Assembly: GCA_976226885.1 (NCBI GenBank)
Contig: OZ320316.1
Coordinates: 94,922,001-94,986,000, forward strand
Direction of reading: 5' to 3'
Source of the DNA: Iphione sp. A-MEVVRFRX5
Lineage: Eukaryota
DNA length: 64,000 nt
Positions 50,121 through 63,824 of this stretch are shown here, piece after piece. Numbering within the stretch: position 1 is the stretch's first letter; the number at the start of each line of letters is the position of its first letter. The notes beneath the pieces were generated by a model that was given only the letters and a program-made list of their open reading frames with translations, had not been told where the DNA came from and did no database searches. Made by a program: the position numbers and the translations under genes.

Positions 50121-53100
50121 GTAAGCAGGACAATAAAAGAACATTATGCCGTCACAGATTTGGTTATGTCGCTCCAGGTTTTTAAGAACAGCTCAAAGTT
50201 ATAGTAATGTTATGACACAGTGTGAAATGCAATATATTTACGTTATCACCATGCATTTCTGATTAACACTACAAAAATAAAATCGACCAGATGTATACTC
50301 TGTGAATCATGTCCATGAAGGTTTTGTGCAAGAATGTGTTATAACGACACAAACTTGAGCTTGTTGAAGTTTCCCAATCCCCACCCACCCATCCACCCAC
50401 CCACCCACCCTTTTTTGTCTTACAAAGCACTTGATATTTTTCTTGCCCAGAAAGCCTGCGTTGCGCAAACGTGCTCCTGTGCATAATAGGTGTCTCTTTT
50501 CGTCTACTTTCTTATTAAATGTGTCAATACCTCTATGTGTAATAACGCTGGCGTGTGAGTCGCCGGAGTGTACCACAGGAGAACGGAACTTAAATGTTGA
50601 GACCCGCAACTGTCGTATCACAAAATGTCATCTACAGATCATAATTTGCATACGTGGGAACATACTGAACTTGAATCCCCAGACAATTAATTCATGTACC
50701 CTTCTTTGTCACTGGTACAAAGAGTGTGTATGGGTGAAAACGTGCCATGCACATTCAATGAAAGTCCTCAGATACGACCACTGATAATATAGCCCTTGGA
50801 AGAGGGTTGCCCACTTACCTGGTCCACTTTTCTGACATATAAGCCATGTTCTAAAAGGTAATCGAAAGGTACCGTATTTCGTTTCAAGCAGTTAATGACA
50901 ACACATCTTGGAAAAACTTCCACACACCATCTCTGCTAAAGTGATTTTACCCTCGGATTATGAGAGGATGTGAATAATAAATGAAAGATATTCGAGGGAT
51001 TTTTACATACTTTTGCTATCATGTAGATGTAGGTCATGGATTGTACCTCACCCTGTAGATGTAAGCAGTTTTTACAAAACATGTAACCATTAGGTCGTCT
51101 TTGGACCTCATATGGTGGCTCTACATATTTCATTAACTGATATTCTCATGGTGCATATTTCACTTCATGTAAGAGGTGTGGTTCACAGAATCGAGCTTGC
51201 ATGCCTAAAGGTTGCGCATTACTTTTAATACAGTGATAGACAGATATAGTACTTGTATAAAGTATATTCCAATGCAGAATTTTAATAAAATGCCTGCCTG
51301 CACGCTTGAAACCCCAATTCTTATTTTCAGTCATAAAGGTACCTTGCATATGGTTAGGTACCTATACTCCAGGATAGGGAATTATATACCTTCATTTTGT
51401 ATATAATAAATGCAGTGTTTTGTCTTGTGCCTGCACGAAATATTCAGACCCTCTGTCGCATGCATGTTTAAAGTTCTTTTGGAGTTTTTCTTGGACTCTC
51501 ATTGGCTGACTGCCAGTCTGGTGGAGGGACGCTACCCAATCACGTGGCGCTGTCACGAGAGCAGTGCTGTCTAATCGTGTGAGGCCTTGACATGGCATGG
51601 CGTGTTAAAACAGCAACGCACTTTGTATACCGATATGTCATTTTTTTTATCAATTCAGCAATTGTTGCCGTCATTCCTTTCGTGATATTGGCCTAATAAC
51701 ACGGTAAGTGCGCTCACTGGGGAGTATTTTATATCACGAGAAGGGGAGTCAAATCTTTGCTTTGATAAATTATTAACTTATACAATGTATGTCCTCAATG
51801 TTTGTCCCGACGTACATGTATATGGTTTTGCAAAGCGTTTGAAGCAGTCGGGGAGAAGGAACAGCTTTTCAACTCTTCCCCCCCACCTTCACATTCCTTC
51901 TGCTCTCGTTGACTTTCAATCTCGGAGCTATATCAGCATCTGCCCCTTTGTCTCTCTGCCATCCTTCCCGCCTCTTTCCCACTGCTTTCCCTCTCACCTT
52001 TCTCCTTGGTGGTAAACTGTTTCCGCAGTTGAAGCTAAAGGAACATTGTCAGTAGCTTCTTTCTTTTTGCTCCATAATAAATGGCTGTTTCGGGATAATC
52101 ATTGAGAAACTCTGGTTACAAATCTTTTTTAACTTCCTCTTGGGACGGACAAAGTGTACCACGATAAATAATATCGAGAATGACGTCATTGATGCCGGTC
52201 GTAGGGTGCACCTTTTCGCCTCCCTCCTCTCAGAAACTGCTCATCAGCACCAGCTAACGTACAGGCCATTATTCTGGACAATGGTAAAACATACATTAGG
52301 TCGATATCCATGGTAGAAGATGGCGTTAAATGTGGGTGTGTACACGTATATGATTAGCTCGACATTCCTTCTGTTTGCGCGCTGTGGGCGCCTTCATCGA
52401 CGTCACGACTTCTGCGAAAGCAGCGAGGAAAAAACGGACTCAACGTCTCGTTAATGTTTGTCGTGAGAGGACGCATTAATTCTCCCCAGCTGACCAAAAG
52501 GGGGCCACTGGTGGCGGTAAACGGAACTAGAGCATTCGGTCACGCTTCCGCTGACAGCATTGACAAGACGGCTCACTATGGGGACTATTTATTGTCGATG
52601 TAAGATGATCAACTGCAGTAAGGTTCCGCTTTAGACGAGGATAAACTTTCATCATTGGTGCTGAAGTAGGCCAAACTGCCTGTACGCTTGAAAAACACCT
52701 CCCTTCACACACTTTTGGTCAAGGCAGGTGGAGAAGTAGCTGTAGGTCTTCAATGGTAGTCTATTAGAATTGACTTTCTCACAACTCTGACATTCCGCCG
52801 AAAGCCAACTTGCACAACAAATTGCAGTACTTTTTTGTTCTACAATATTGAACATCACTTATATATTAAGTGGGGAATATTTTTAAGCTGGTGTGCCGAA
52901 ATGAGCAGCTCATGCGTTTTTTAGTCAGCGGTAAATAAAATGCTGCAATCACGGAGTAATTTGTGTAACCATACATAAAAAGGCCATGTTTGCATAGTTT
53001 TCATTTAAACGACAATTTACTGTGGCCTGTTTAACATTATTTTTATGAGTGAATCAAGAGGAAATGAAAATTTGCTCAAAGGTTACAAACAGCTAAAAGG

Positions 53101-53135
53101 TTAGCTGTCATATGCGAGGAAAATTTTATGAATAG

Positions 53136-53400
53136 GACCAGATGCCTTTCTCACCAGTGAAACTTGAACATCTTGCCACCGCACTCAACCTCTCAAATGC
53201 TGGAGTGGGGAAATCCTCTGTTCGAAAATACACATTTGAATCTTACCTGTCATCACAAGAGGGTTGCAGAGGTCAACCCTGAACATCATGCTGTACAGGT
53301 GTGGAACCAACATACAGGTGAGCGGCGGGGACACGCTTCAGAAAGTTCTTCCTGTTGTATCGGGTACGGAGTGCAGCTTTCTGGTGGAATGCAGAGGCGT
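53136..53400 (+). pseudogene. Possible decayed DEATH-domain coding remnant (one frameshift)
   Basis: DQMPFSPVKLEHLATALNLSNAGV... then, after a frameshift, ...RSTLNIMLYRCGTNIQVSGGDTLQKVLPVVSGTECSFLVE. Resembles the 'LA..L.LS...mL..W.....T...L..aL' pattern. Confidence 0.3.
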
Positions 53401-56400
53401 ATCCCACCACATACCGTTGATTTTTCGGCCGAAACGTTTAGTTCCTTAGCGGGAATGGTCACCCATTTTAACTTAGACGGTTGTGGTTCATAAAAGAGAA
53501 AGATTGATGCAAGGGCACAAAGAAAGAGAATGGGAAGAGAAGCATGAGCTAAGCAGAAACGGAGGGAAAGCGAGTGAGGGGGAACGATGCACACACATGG
53601 AAATAAAAGCAAAGGTTTTTAGATAACTGCATAACTGCAAAGAGATTTAAAATATCCAGATACAGGTATCTGAGACTTCATGTAAATTATACGCCGCATA
53701 CTATGCACACATTGGTGACATTCAATGCATTCTTTAGGCTTCATTTATCCTGATGTGGTTAGCGTATGTGCCATTGTTTCGAAATCCTCGTCATATTCTC
53801 ATAATTATTTTCATTAAAAAATTACAACGTCTAGTTAGACACCGTTGTGCGAGCTCAGTAGCAGTACTCTATCATACAGCTATGTCGCAACCTGTATGTA
53901 ATTAAGTAGTATATGGAACTGGGGATTTAAATCTGGCGTAATGCTACTAGCAGAATATTTATCACATCCGGATTCGGTAAACTATAACGCGTAGGTAAGC
54001 TTTAACAAAGAGTACAAGAGAATACCAGGGGATTTTTTTTCGCACTCGTCTGCTGAGTAATAGCCATGCGGTGTTGCTATGGTTTTTTTTCTTTTTTCCG
54101 GTATTATCTCTACTTTGAGTCAGTGCATGGATTATAATTTTCACCCACGTTGTTATATTATAAATGATTCGACTCGAGCATTACTGAATGACATTACAGG
54201 GTGATGCTAATTAAAGCTAGCCTTTCACAGTCAGACTATATGCACATATTATCCATGGGTGTTATTTTATCTAAACTAATGTGCTGAAAAGGTTGTACCT
54301 GTTTAAAGTTTGTATTAAGGTTTGTATTCAGAGGATGTATACACATACATACATGTGTGTCATAGCAAACGAAACAATGCGCTTTTTATTTTAGTAGCCA
54401 TACTGAATCGGTGTGGTACGTATTGAAAGTGTGTCCGGCTCGAGCAGAACTAAAATTATGCGTCCCCTGGAAACGCCGGGGTTTTAAAATAGTTGTCTTT
54501 CTTGCAGCTTAGCTACGGAATGTCTCTCTATGGTACGAGAAGTCCGCGACGCATGCCCTCTTGTGTCCCAGCACAATGTTTCACCCTGACACTGACGTCA
54601 GTGACGTTATGTTTGCCACTGCGTCTCGACAGTACATTCCGCGGTGGCGTCTGCCGTCGTATCACTCTGTCTGTCTATTGAGTGTGCGCGCCTCTAGCCA
54701 TCGACTGCCGCTGTGGAACTCGGGGATCCCCTATTGGCAACAAAATGCATCTACGGCGTGGGCGATAAAAGGAGGATCAAGCGGGTGGTAGTCACTGGAA
54801 GACGCACTGTATGAGCGGAATCCTCTCCCGCTAGCCTGGGATCAATGACCTGGTATCCTTCAGGCTCGTAACGACGCCAGCTTAACCACGACATCGGAGC
54901 ATCACTGTCAGGGCGACCACGACCCGCATATCCATCCCACCCCGCCATATTACCTGCGGCAACTACCGCCCCCAAAACCCATGTGTCTGTATCTGCACTG
55001 TCTGCATCGTCCGTTGTCAGGTCGACCATGAGGTGTTTTATGCAGACATGGAAACGAATATGTGGATATCCATTTTTTTTACTGATCAATTATACTACAT
55101 TGTCATAGCCATATGTGTCTGTATCCACATCCATATCAACAAGGTGGAAATCTGCCCTATGATGTGGTTTGTTCGGCGGCTGGGGGAAGGAAGTATCAGT
55201 TTATGCAGAGCTTGGATTCGCTGCATAATCTTATTTGGCTGTCATGAGGTTTTGATGATTTGTTGCACAATTTTATATACAAACGGTATTTCATCCTTAT
55301 CCAGAATTTCAGCTATTTATCGAGCTTCCGAAAAATCGTGCCCTTCTCTATGTGTATGACTACACATATATAATTGTTTCCTTACATCTTAGGGGGATAG
55401 GCCCTTTCTAATTCTTAATACTATAACCTCCCTCCTTTACCCAAGTGACATCAGCGGCTCGATGCATGCTATAGCGACCCCTATAGGGACGCTTCTTCTC
55501 CGGAAGTGTCACATCGACACTTCTCGCCGGCTCCAATAAATCGTCACCGTTCAATCGAAGTTACTTCCGCTTTCAGTCGCCCAGGCGGCCTGGGCGGCCG
55601 GCGCAGCATATGAATGTGGCCATTTGACCGTGCTTACATAGGGTGAACGGCAACTGAACTGACTGGATCGGGTTTGAAAGTGAAGAGTACCAATAATTAT
55701 GTGAATTTTCCACCCGAATAAAAATCATGCTTGAATTAATGATAAAAGTACATAAATTAGAGATGCACCAATGTTAAGAGCAGACAAATCTGGAACCAGT
55801 ATATGAACGTTTCATTAAGAAAATACAGGAACAACGTTTAGGATTTATCTTGTATATGAATCGTGCGTGGGGCAGTAGGGCCTTTGTTGAACATTTGGAT
55901 TTTCAGCTGGAGATTATTACGCATAGTGCCACACGTGACCTGTCAGAATCAGGTCTGGATTCTCTAGGAAATATTATCAAGATGAATATTGTCGACCAGG
56001 TAGCATTATTAAATATTTACAAAAATTCGAACATAAAAATCTATTTAATAATGAATAAATGTGCGGTCAGTATTGCAAGGATTACGTCAGGTTTCAAATT
56101 CTGTATACATTAAATCACCCCTTGGTTTCCTATTGAAGAATGTCCTTATATGGTAATGGTCCCACGCAACGTACGTTGCGCTCAGTCCAGGGTTTTCCAC
56201 TCTTGTCCTGAGGTAAAGTGATGAGATCAGCAACTGGTTCCTCCCCCTCCTCCCCCCCCTTTCACCACCGCCAACTGAGGACCCAGAATGCGGCAGGGCC
56301 CCTGGGTGAGTAGGTACATAAGGGCGTGTACTGGGTGGAGGGTACCACCTTTTCCCTTATGCTCGAATCACCGTGTCGTTATTCAGTCCCTAAGTCTATG

Positions 56401-56520
56401 GTGATTTATATGACTTCAGAGGTTCCAGGTGAGTCTTTATCTCAGTGAATCTTCAGCAACTCGTTATTCCTCGAGGTTTCTCAATGATACGTTATCGGTG
56501 ACCTCGATATCCCTTGCCGC

Positions 56521-56544
56521 ACGCGCGCGCGCGCGCGCGCACGC

Positions 56545-56582
<38 letters not shown>
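56521..56582. repeat. (CG)n-(CA)n alternating purine-pyrimidine tract (Z-DNA prone)
   Basis: About 9 CG units followed by about 20 CA units; similar smaller tracts near 8435-8495, 38480-38515, 41780-41822 and 49435-49465. Confidence 0.9.
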
Positions 56583-56586
<4 letters not shown>

Positions 56587-57628
56587 TGGCGTGGTAATCC
56601 TTCAGCGACCAGGTTGACGGGAAAAAACAATCAAAACCGTGACTCATACAGACCCACTGGGACGCGCGCTGAGCGATAATCGGTGCAGGCTAGTATGTCA
56701 TAGTGCCTACCAGACAGGGGTCCCCTGAACCATCATCTGTTTGGTTGGTCTATTATTATAAAATATTAAAACTTGTTGATAGAGTAAAGGAAGAACCAAA
56801 GCCCAGCGCAAACCAGTTAAGGGCGAGGGGTAGTGTTTATTGTAAATAATGGCCCTGGGTTTCGTCTCCAGCGGTAGCAGTGGTAGCTTCTTTCTCTCTA
56901 CAGACACGGCTCTAATCATATACATGTATGCAGAAAACGTGAGAGACTCCGCATCCATCATTTCCTCCCCCCCCCCCTCCTCTATTTTAGAGCCGAGGGA
57001 ATATCATCTTTAAGATGGTTACAGGAAACTAATGGGAAGAAAGTATTGCTTCTCGGAACTCCGTTTTTCGTCATAGTTCCCCGTAACGTTTTAGCCATAC
57101 AATATTCATCCCCTCGATACAGTGCGCACAAGGCCTAGATCACATGGGAACGCAGCAGAGCTAGTCTTGACATATACGTCGGATGACTGTGTGCCGAGTC
57201 AAGGGGAGACGATGAAAAATGCGGCCATCTATAAAATATTGCATACCGGCGGGGTTCAGTGACAGCAAGCAGCTCCTCACTTCGGCCGTTGCTTGCATGC
57301 CGTGCTCATCGCTTCTCTTTTGATATGAGAATCATCTATCTAGATTCATGCAGGCGTCTATGGTGGGTTGGTCAGGGGTTCTCCTCCATCCAGTATCAAA
57401 GGGCCGACTACGAGGAGAGCCGAGCCGCCCGAACAGAGGCCCCCTACTTATACACAGGTCACAGAATGTGTATTATGCTATAGGACAAGTTGCCTACCGT
57501 GCCTCTCCCCTGGGCACTAACCACAACAGGCTACAAGTCCCTGCTTATTTTCACTTTGCAAGTGTAAGATTATGGAATGGTCATAGCTGCCTGTTCCTTT
57601 GACAAATACATCATTGTCAGGATTTTAT

Positions 57629-57960
57629 TCATTCCCGATGGGTGTTTGCCACTATTTTTGTATAACACACCCACCTTATTTCTCCCCTTGAAATGTCATC
57701 TAAAAGTGTCATATCCGCTGTGTTCCCAACTTTTAAGAAGTCTAATGTAATCATTTTTCGTTGAGCTCTATTTATGCTCATCCTATTGGTCTGTCCAACC
57801 CAGTATTCAACACAGCTTTTAAAAATACTACATCCTTCCTTTCTACTTCTGATTCCGCTAGGAATACCACTAATCCTGAGATCCGCAGTTTCCATTACAC
57901 CCGCTCACACGTCCATTCTATATTTCTAAAATTTCTGGTAACCCAGAGGTCCCAGTCTTG
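57629..57960 (-). pseudogene. Decayed coding-like remnant, possibly DEATH-fold
   Basis: ...RNIEWTCERV / METADLRISGIPSGIRSRKEGCSIFKSCVEYWVGQTNRMSINRAQRKMITLDFLKVGNTADMTLLDDIS; Trp-to-Trp spacing of about 37 aa, as in death domains. Confidence 0.22.
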
Positions 57961-60900
57961 TACGCCTTGAACCGGGATATCGCCTGGGAGTTGGGTGCCA
58001 TAACCTGTTAACCAATCTATAAGTTTTGAGGATTTTTCAATAGGCGTTTTAACCCTATTTCGTTTACAAAACATGCTTTTCATTGAATGATGGAACTTTC
58101 TATTTCGGACCCGGCAGGTTAAGGCCCAAGGGACTGTCAATGTTCATGAGATTAGAATCTGTTTCTTCACCCTGTCGTTACCACTCTTCCAGTCGTTAGT
58201 GTGTTAGGTATATGTTTTAATCTTTACGTTGCATCGGCCATGTCCATACCTTGTCCCTGTGTGTATACACCTAGGTACATGTAGACCGGACACCCCTATT
58301 CACAGATACTAGATTTCCCGTATTATCGACATGTCTGCAGTAATACTATAGGTGGCCATATTAATGCTCCAGAGCTACCCACTGGGTGTCAGTTCAGACT
58401 GCCAGAAGGTGACTGTCTTTAACAGATCATAACATTCGTTCGTTACTCAATACAGAGAGTGCTGTTCGATATTATATGTATTACTGTAGGCTTCGGCTTA
58501 ATTGGCACTGAAGGCGGACACAATTTAATATGAGAGTGTAGCATATCAGATGGAGCTAGGTGAGATAACCCATAATAGGCTATAGGTGATTTGATAGATG
58601 CGTATGCATACAGTATCTCCAGGGGATGTCCTCGTCGAAACGAATGGATTAAGTAAGGATTACATCTGTACTGTGCTTAGGTCGTTACCTGCATTGCTTG
58701 CTGAACGGAAGGAGTGATAATGTGCTCAGGACTGAAGACAACCATGTATTGTATAAAATGTAAAAGAATGGATGGTTCTATTTCAGAATATAATATACAT
58801 GTAGATACATGCCCACAATATTTATCTTCCTTGTCTTGTTCTATCATTTTCTTAAAAACAATCTGAACGTTCATTAGTTCATTCAATCCCATATCTGCCC
58901 TTGTCTTTTTCTTCATTCCAGCCTCTTTACTTTACTGTCATCAGGAATTTCATTCCTTCTTTTTCCTTTCCCGTTCTTCATCATATCATTCATTCCTATC
59001 CCCCAAGTGCTCTCCTTTCCACCTCCCTCTTGCCCAGCTTTTTCCGCTGTCGTGTTTAAATAATCAGGCCGGCTCTATTACTTTGAAAAACAAATTACAC
59101 GTTCTTCTCAAGTTTCCTATAATCTAATTATACGGGCTATATGTCGAGCAGCCAAGGATTCTTCATTTTCAGAACTGCGAGTTTCAACTTCACACATGCA
59201 AGTATCATGAAACAGTCCTCTCGTCTTTTTTTTAAACTGTTGCACAGTCCATTCCTGCCTTGTACACGAAAACATCTGCAAGACGGAGCTGTCTGCAATG
59301 CCGTGAAAGGACTCTCACTAATCACTTTTAGGTGGACTCGCACTGCCTTCCCGTGCCACACAGAATAATGAATTTCCCACTGCTGTTTCGCTGCTATGGC
59401 CTCTACTAGGGCAACGCGATTATTTGCTCACCGCCAGGTGTTGAATGTCATTCCACATATTCCACTGGAACAGAAAGTCACTCCAGACTAGTTCGGATGG
59501 AGGACTAGAACTTTCCAACGTTATGAGAAATGAATGCAGGTTTCTTAGGTAAAATATTTGGTCCAGTTGCAGGGAGAGGAACTAATTAATTAAAGGATGT
59601 TTTGTTAGTTGATTGTCCTTCCTTGCTTTGTCGCTTGATTGGTAAAGGTTTAGGTATGCCAATTTTACTCCTAATATTCAATATCTATTTATTCGTTTCA
59701 CTATCTTCCACTGCTTCGGCGCTTTTATATGTGTTGTGTTCATCGTGTTAGACGAGACCCGTACCAAATTAATTTCCATTTCCATGGAATGTTAACCATT
59801 TCAAGAGCTGTTTTCTCTCTTCTGTGGTCTCCTGTAGTCTGGTTATCTTTGCCACTTCTTTGAACACATTTGCATATTAATATATGAAAATAACAGTCAT
59901 AAAATCTTTTATTGGTATTAACAAGGCAATACATATAGGGCTTAAGCACGCTCTCATCTTGTAACTGTATTTACGTCTCTCGCCCAGCCTATATGAACAT
60001 ACGTCCGTTTGACAACAGGACCGTAATCCAAGATGGCCTTCTATACATAACTGGTCCGCTCCTGGCTGGAGAAGAGGGATATATCCTTCAAGGTTTGGTA
60101 TTCGTTGGGTTTGATATTCGACTTTAGTTGTTTGTGACATGATTATTGCAATTTGTGTTTTAAAATACCCGATTCATACCAAAGTACTGACTTTGCGATG
60201 GTCACAGTGGGACACCAGATTTATAAGGTCAGTAACATTTAGTTTTCCAGTAGTGAGAATTATCTACCAGAACCAACTAGTTTTGCACTATCACCGTGTA
60301 TTGTTTGCCGACGTCTGGGTTAGGTTGAACTTAAAGATGCCGCTGTCTGACTGCATGACCTTCTGTCCTAACCATACAACCCCATAACAAGTGTGTTACA
60401 TTTGGGTCGATGCTTGCACCTAGTACACTTAGGTAAAGGTTTAGAGGTAAAGGAAAATTTAACAAATTTATAAACCGATCCCTAGCTTACTTGGCAGTGA
60501 CACTATATTGATATGAAGCATCTCCACAATGAATGAGAACGGTCCAAACATTTGTGTCTGGAACTGCATTCTCCTTATACATGTGCGTACTGCATACTTT
60601 CGATCTGAGATGGGTACCAGTACCATTGTCACTTGCTGATTACTACCAGTGCGTTGCCTATTTCCTTCCGATGATGATCTCATTTTGTGATACGTACAAA
60701 ACCATTTTTACCAAATGCACCACTGAACTACTACGCTGTGTACTGTAATGTATCATTTTTATTTTTTATATGTATTTATCCAGAGCAACACTTGCTCAGC
60801 GTTGAGTGCATAATGACTTGAGCTGCTCACATATGCTCTGTGCGCAATTGGATTAGCTCACTCTCGCGGGTCAGCACTCTTGACAAGAGTCTGTCCTGCC

Positions 60901-62154
60901 TTATACTACAACAACCCTCCACGTGGGGACGGCCTGCTTAACATTCGACCGTGTTGCTTGTATGACATATGGTTTATCAGTAAATGGTTTACCAGCATAG
61001 AAATGGTGGTGTTAATTCAAAAGTGTACGGTTTGCTTCCAATGAGGAATAACATCTCTGGATTAAAGGCATTGTGTTGCCCTCTTTGATTGTAAAATATT
61101 GACGTCCAAAACGCGTATTTTTTTTAAATGACTCATATTCTAGAAATGGGTGTCTGTGGTGAAGAGATAAACCAGTTTCAAGTAGATAAGCGAACAGTTC
61201 TTTCTGAAGATGCTGCAAGGATCAGGTATTCATATACATGTAGAATATATACATATTGTTGTACAGGTAAGTGTATTATCCTCTTTTAACACTGGCGAAG
61301 GGCATAGTCCCTTCATATGGAGGATTAAATTGATAGGAGGCTACACATCTCGGAGGCCGTAGCTCTGGTAATCCAGTCGCCCATACTTGTTCAGACTGAC
61401 ACAGCAGCAATACTTCCGGGGTGTCATCACTTACTATCAGGCCTTTATGATGTCTACAGTTACTTCGCATCGCTATATTATACTTGTCATATAAGTACAC
61501 ATATATATATAAAAATATCGTCATATACAATCTTTCTGGCAATAAAGAAATTAAGATAGAGGTGCCTGTTCGCCTGGTAGGGTTCCCAGTATTTTTTTTT
61601 TATTTCGAGACATTTTCCTGATTCAATTACATCGGTCGGAAGGTTTTCGTCTTGGTTGCCATGAAAACGGTTTCTACCGACATGTCATATGACTCAAGCC
61701 TAAACGACTCAGATGACATGACTCTAGCACGAATGACTCACTCAAGTCATACCAACACGCAATACTCAAGTCCTCTGGTGGCCTTTGTACCCTTCCCACA
61801 TTCTAGTTACGATCTGTGCAGCCGTATATTTGCATCTGTATTTGGTCAGATATTCCTTTATATCAAGATGAAGAGAAAATGAATGGATAATAACATAAAA
61901 ATTGTGAAGCGCTTTTGGGAAAAAGTTAGTGCCTTTGTAAACGACAGCGAAAAGCTGACGGTAAAGAAAACTGTTATAGAAATGGATGTCCATTTACTTC
62001 GCTTCGCTTCAAGTCCTAGGGTTGAATACGTCTGTGAAATATGTCAGTGAATCCCAGTCATACCTATGTAAAAATTAATGAAAACATGAAGGTCGCTGTC
62101 TACATACGGAAGTACAGTCCGATCCAGTGTTGCATGTCGCAGGATACCACCGGC

Positions 62155-62230
62155 GCCATGGCAGGAAAGATGGCGGCCGCCACCAGACATGCGCGCATGC
62201 TCACCGATCTCATCATGTCACGTGATTAGG
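62155..62230. promoter_or_regulatory. Compact YY1 / NRF1 / USF-type motif module
   Basis: AAGATGGCGGC 62167-62177, ATGCGCGCATGC 62189-62200, GTCACGTGAT 62217-62226. Confidence 0.5.
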
Positions 62231-63824
62231 GGAGCCACCAATCCACATTTAGACACAGGAACGAGCATATTGTACCTTGGATTCCTACCGTAACGAAGAG
62301 AAACCGAAATTCATTATCGCCCTTGTGTACAGGTATACAGGCCTTTTGTGATATATTGGGCGAGATCCCAGCAGCAATAGAGCGTCAGTAATAACGAATA
62401 TAATCATGTTTCGTGAATGATGATAGGAGGGGCGTAGGCGACATTGGTTGACTAGATTATAGCTGATTCACTCACCAGATTTTATTAATAGACCTCTTAA
62501 CCAGTTACTTGTACAATGTCGCTGCTACCATTGTAGACGTGTTGTCATCTCAAGTGTTAGAGTACAAGAGGATCCCAAGGTATAGAATATCCTACAACAG
62601 CACATTTCCCTTTCGTAATTTATTACATTTGCGACGAACGAAAGCTTTGTTGGAAGAGGAGGTTATGGGTTTACACCAATGCTATAATGGGGTTGTTTAT
62701 TTTTTACTATACGTAATAGATAAAGAAAACGTTTTCTCCATGTAACATTTGGTTTGAAGTGTGGATAAAGTGTATGTGTTCTTGCACGCTCTCGTGGTAA
62801 ATTGTACGTGTGTTTTCTCTGTCTGAATTCCAGAAATAACTTCCTTTTCACGATGGAAGTCGGGGTAATCCAGCTACTGGTTTCTCTCTAGTGCTTGACA
62901 TATTCAATAAATATAACCATAGGGTCTGCCAAGTCACTTGGTAGCAGCTACGAAACAAGGTTAAGTGGATCAGCTACAAACGAGACTGAATATACTTAGT
63001 CACACTTGTCAGTATCAGTTATATATGAACTGACGTGACTCTCTTCATTGGCGCTTGCTGCGATATAGGTCAATATGGTTTTATTTCACAGCCAGCTCGT
63101 TAACAAGGACCGTTACAGTGCTCAGTCATCAGGACTCTTCTGAATGTAAGGTGCTGTTCAGGAGAATATGTGACGAATTAGGCGCTTTTTACATACATCC
63201 GGGTTTTTCCGTTCCTCATCCCCACAGGGGGACGGAATTTCTTCCAGCCTGGTCTTATCATAATATCCATTCACATACACACAGACGTTTCTGTTTCTGC
63301 ACACGGGTGCGGATTTTCTATCTATTGAGCATGGAAAAATCCGGACCCGGATGCAGATTTCCATAGAATGCAATGTTAAAGATACATGTGCTTCCCATAT
63401 GTAGCCAATTATATGCCTCCTCTGCAGGGGGTGCTGTCCACACCCGTGTCCAGGGATGGATTTTTCGTCCGGTTACATGTGAACAACCCCTTATATGGCA
63501 TAAAATACAAGAACATGGGTGTAATTCAGCGTTACCTTCAAGAGTCCTCTTATGAACGTGCCTCCCAAACTAATCATCAGCAAATTACATAACTGCATTT
63601 ATTGTCTCATTACATTCTGCTCACAGTAGGCCTCAAATTATATACATGTGCATGCATCAGGGTGAAGAGGACTTGCGGTACAGTCATGAGTTGTTCGAGT
63701 GAAATAAAAACAGCTGCAAGCCAGTTGAGGTAAGAGGAGTCGTTGAGTGGTGTATGTTCCTGGCCCAACATTTATCACCCCTGCACAGCTTACTCCGTCA
63801 CTGACTGCAGCCTCAAGTAGGACG

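Noticed and set aside
17358-54607. Identical 16-mer CTGACGTCAGTGACGT at 17358 and 54592
   Set aside because: Flanks do not align; the match is explained by tandem CRE motifs, which are common in this window.
55907-55999. Phase 0-0 exon candidate LEIITHSATRDLSESGLDSLGNIIKMNIVDQ
   Set aside because: Weak donor (gtagca), short pyrimidine tract and no recognisable homology; not listed as a feature.
59200-59300. THAP-like 'RKHLQDGAV' peptide
   Set aside because: Terminal Pro is missing and the upstream CxxHF motif is not at the right spacing or frame.
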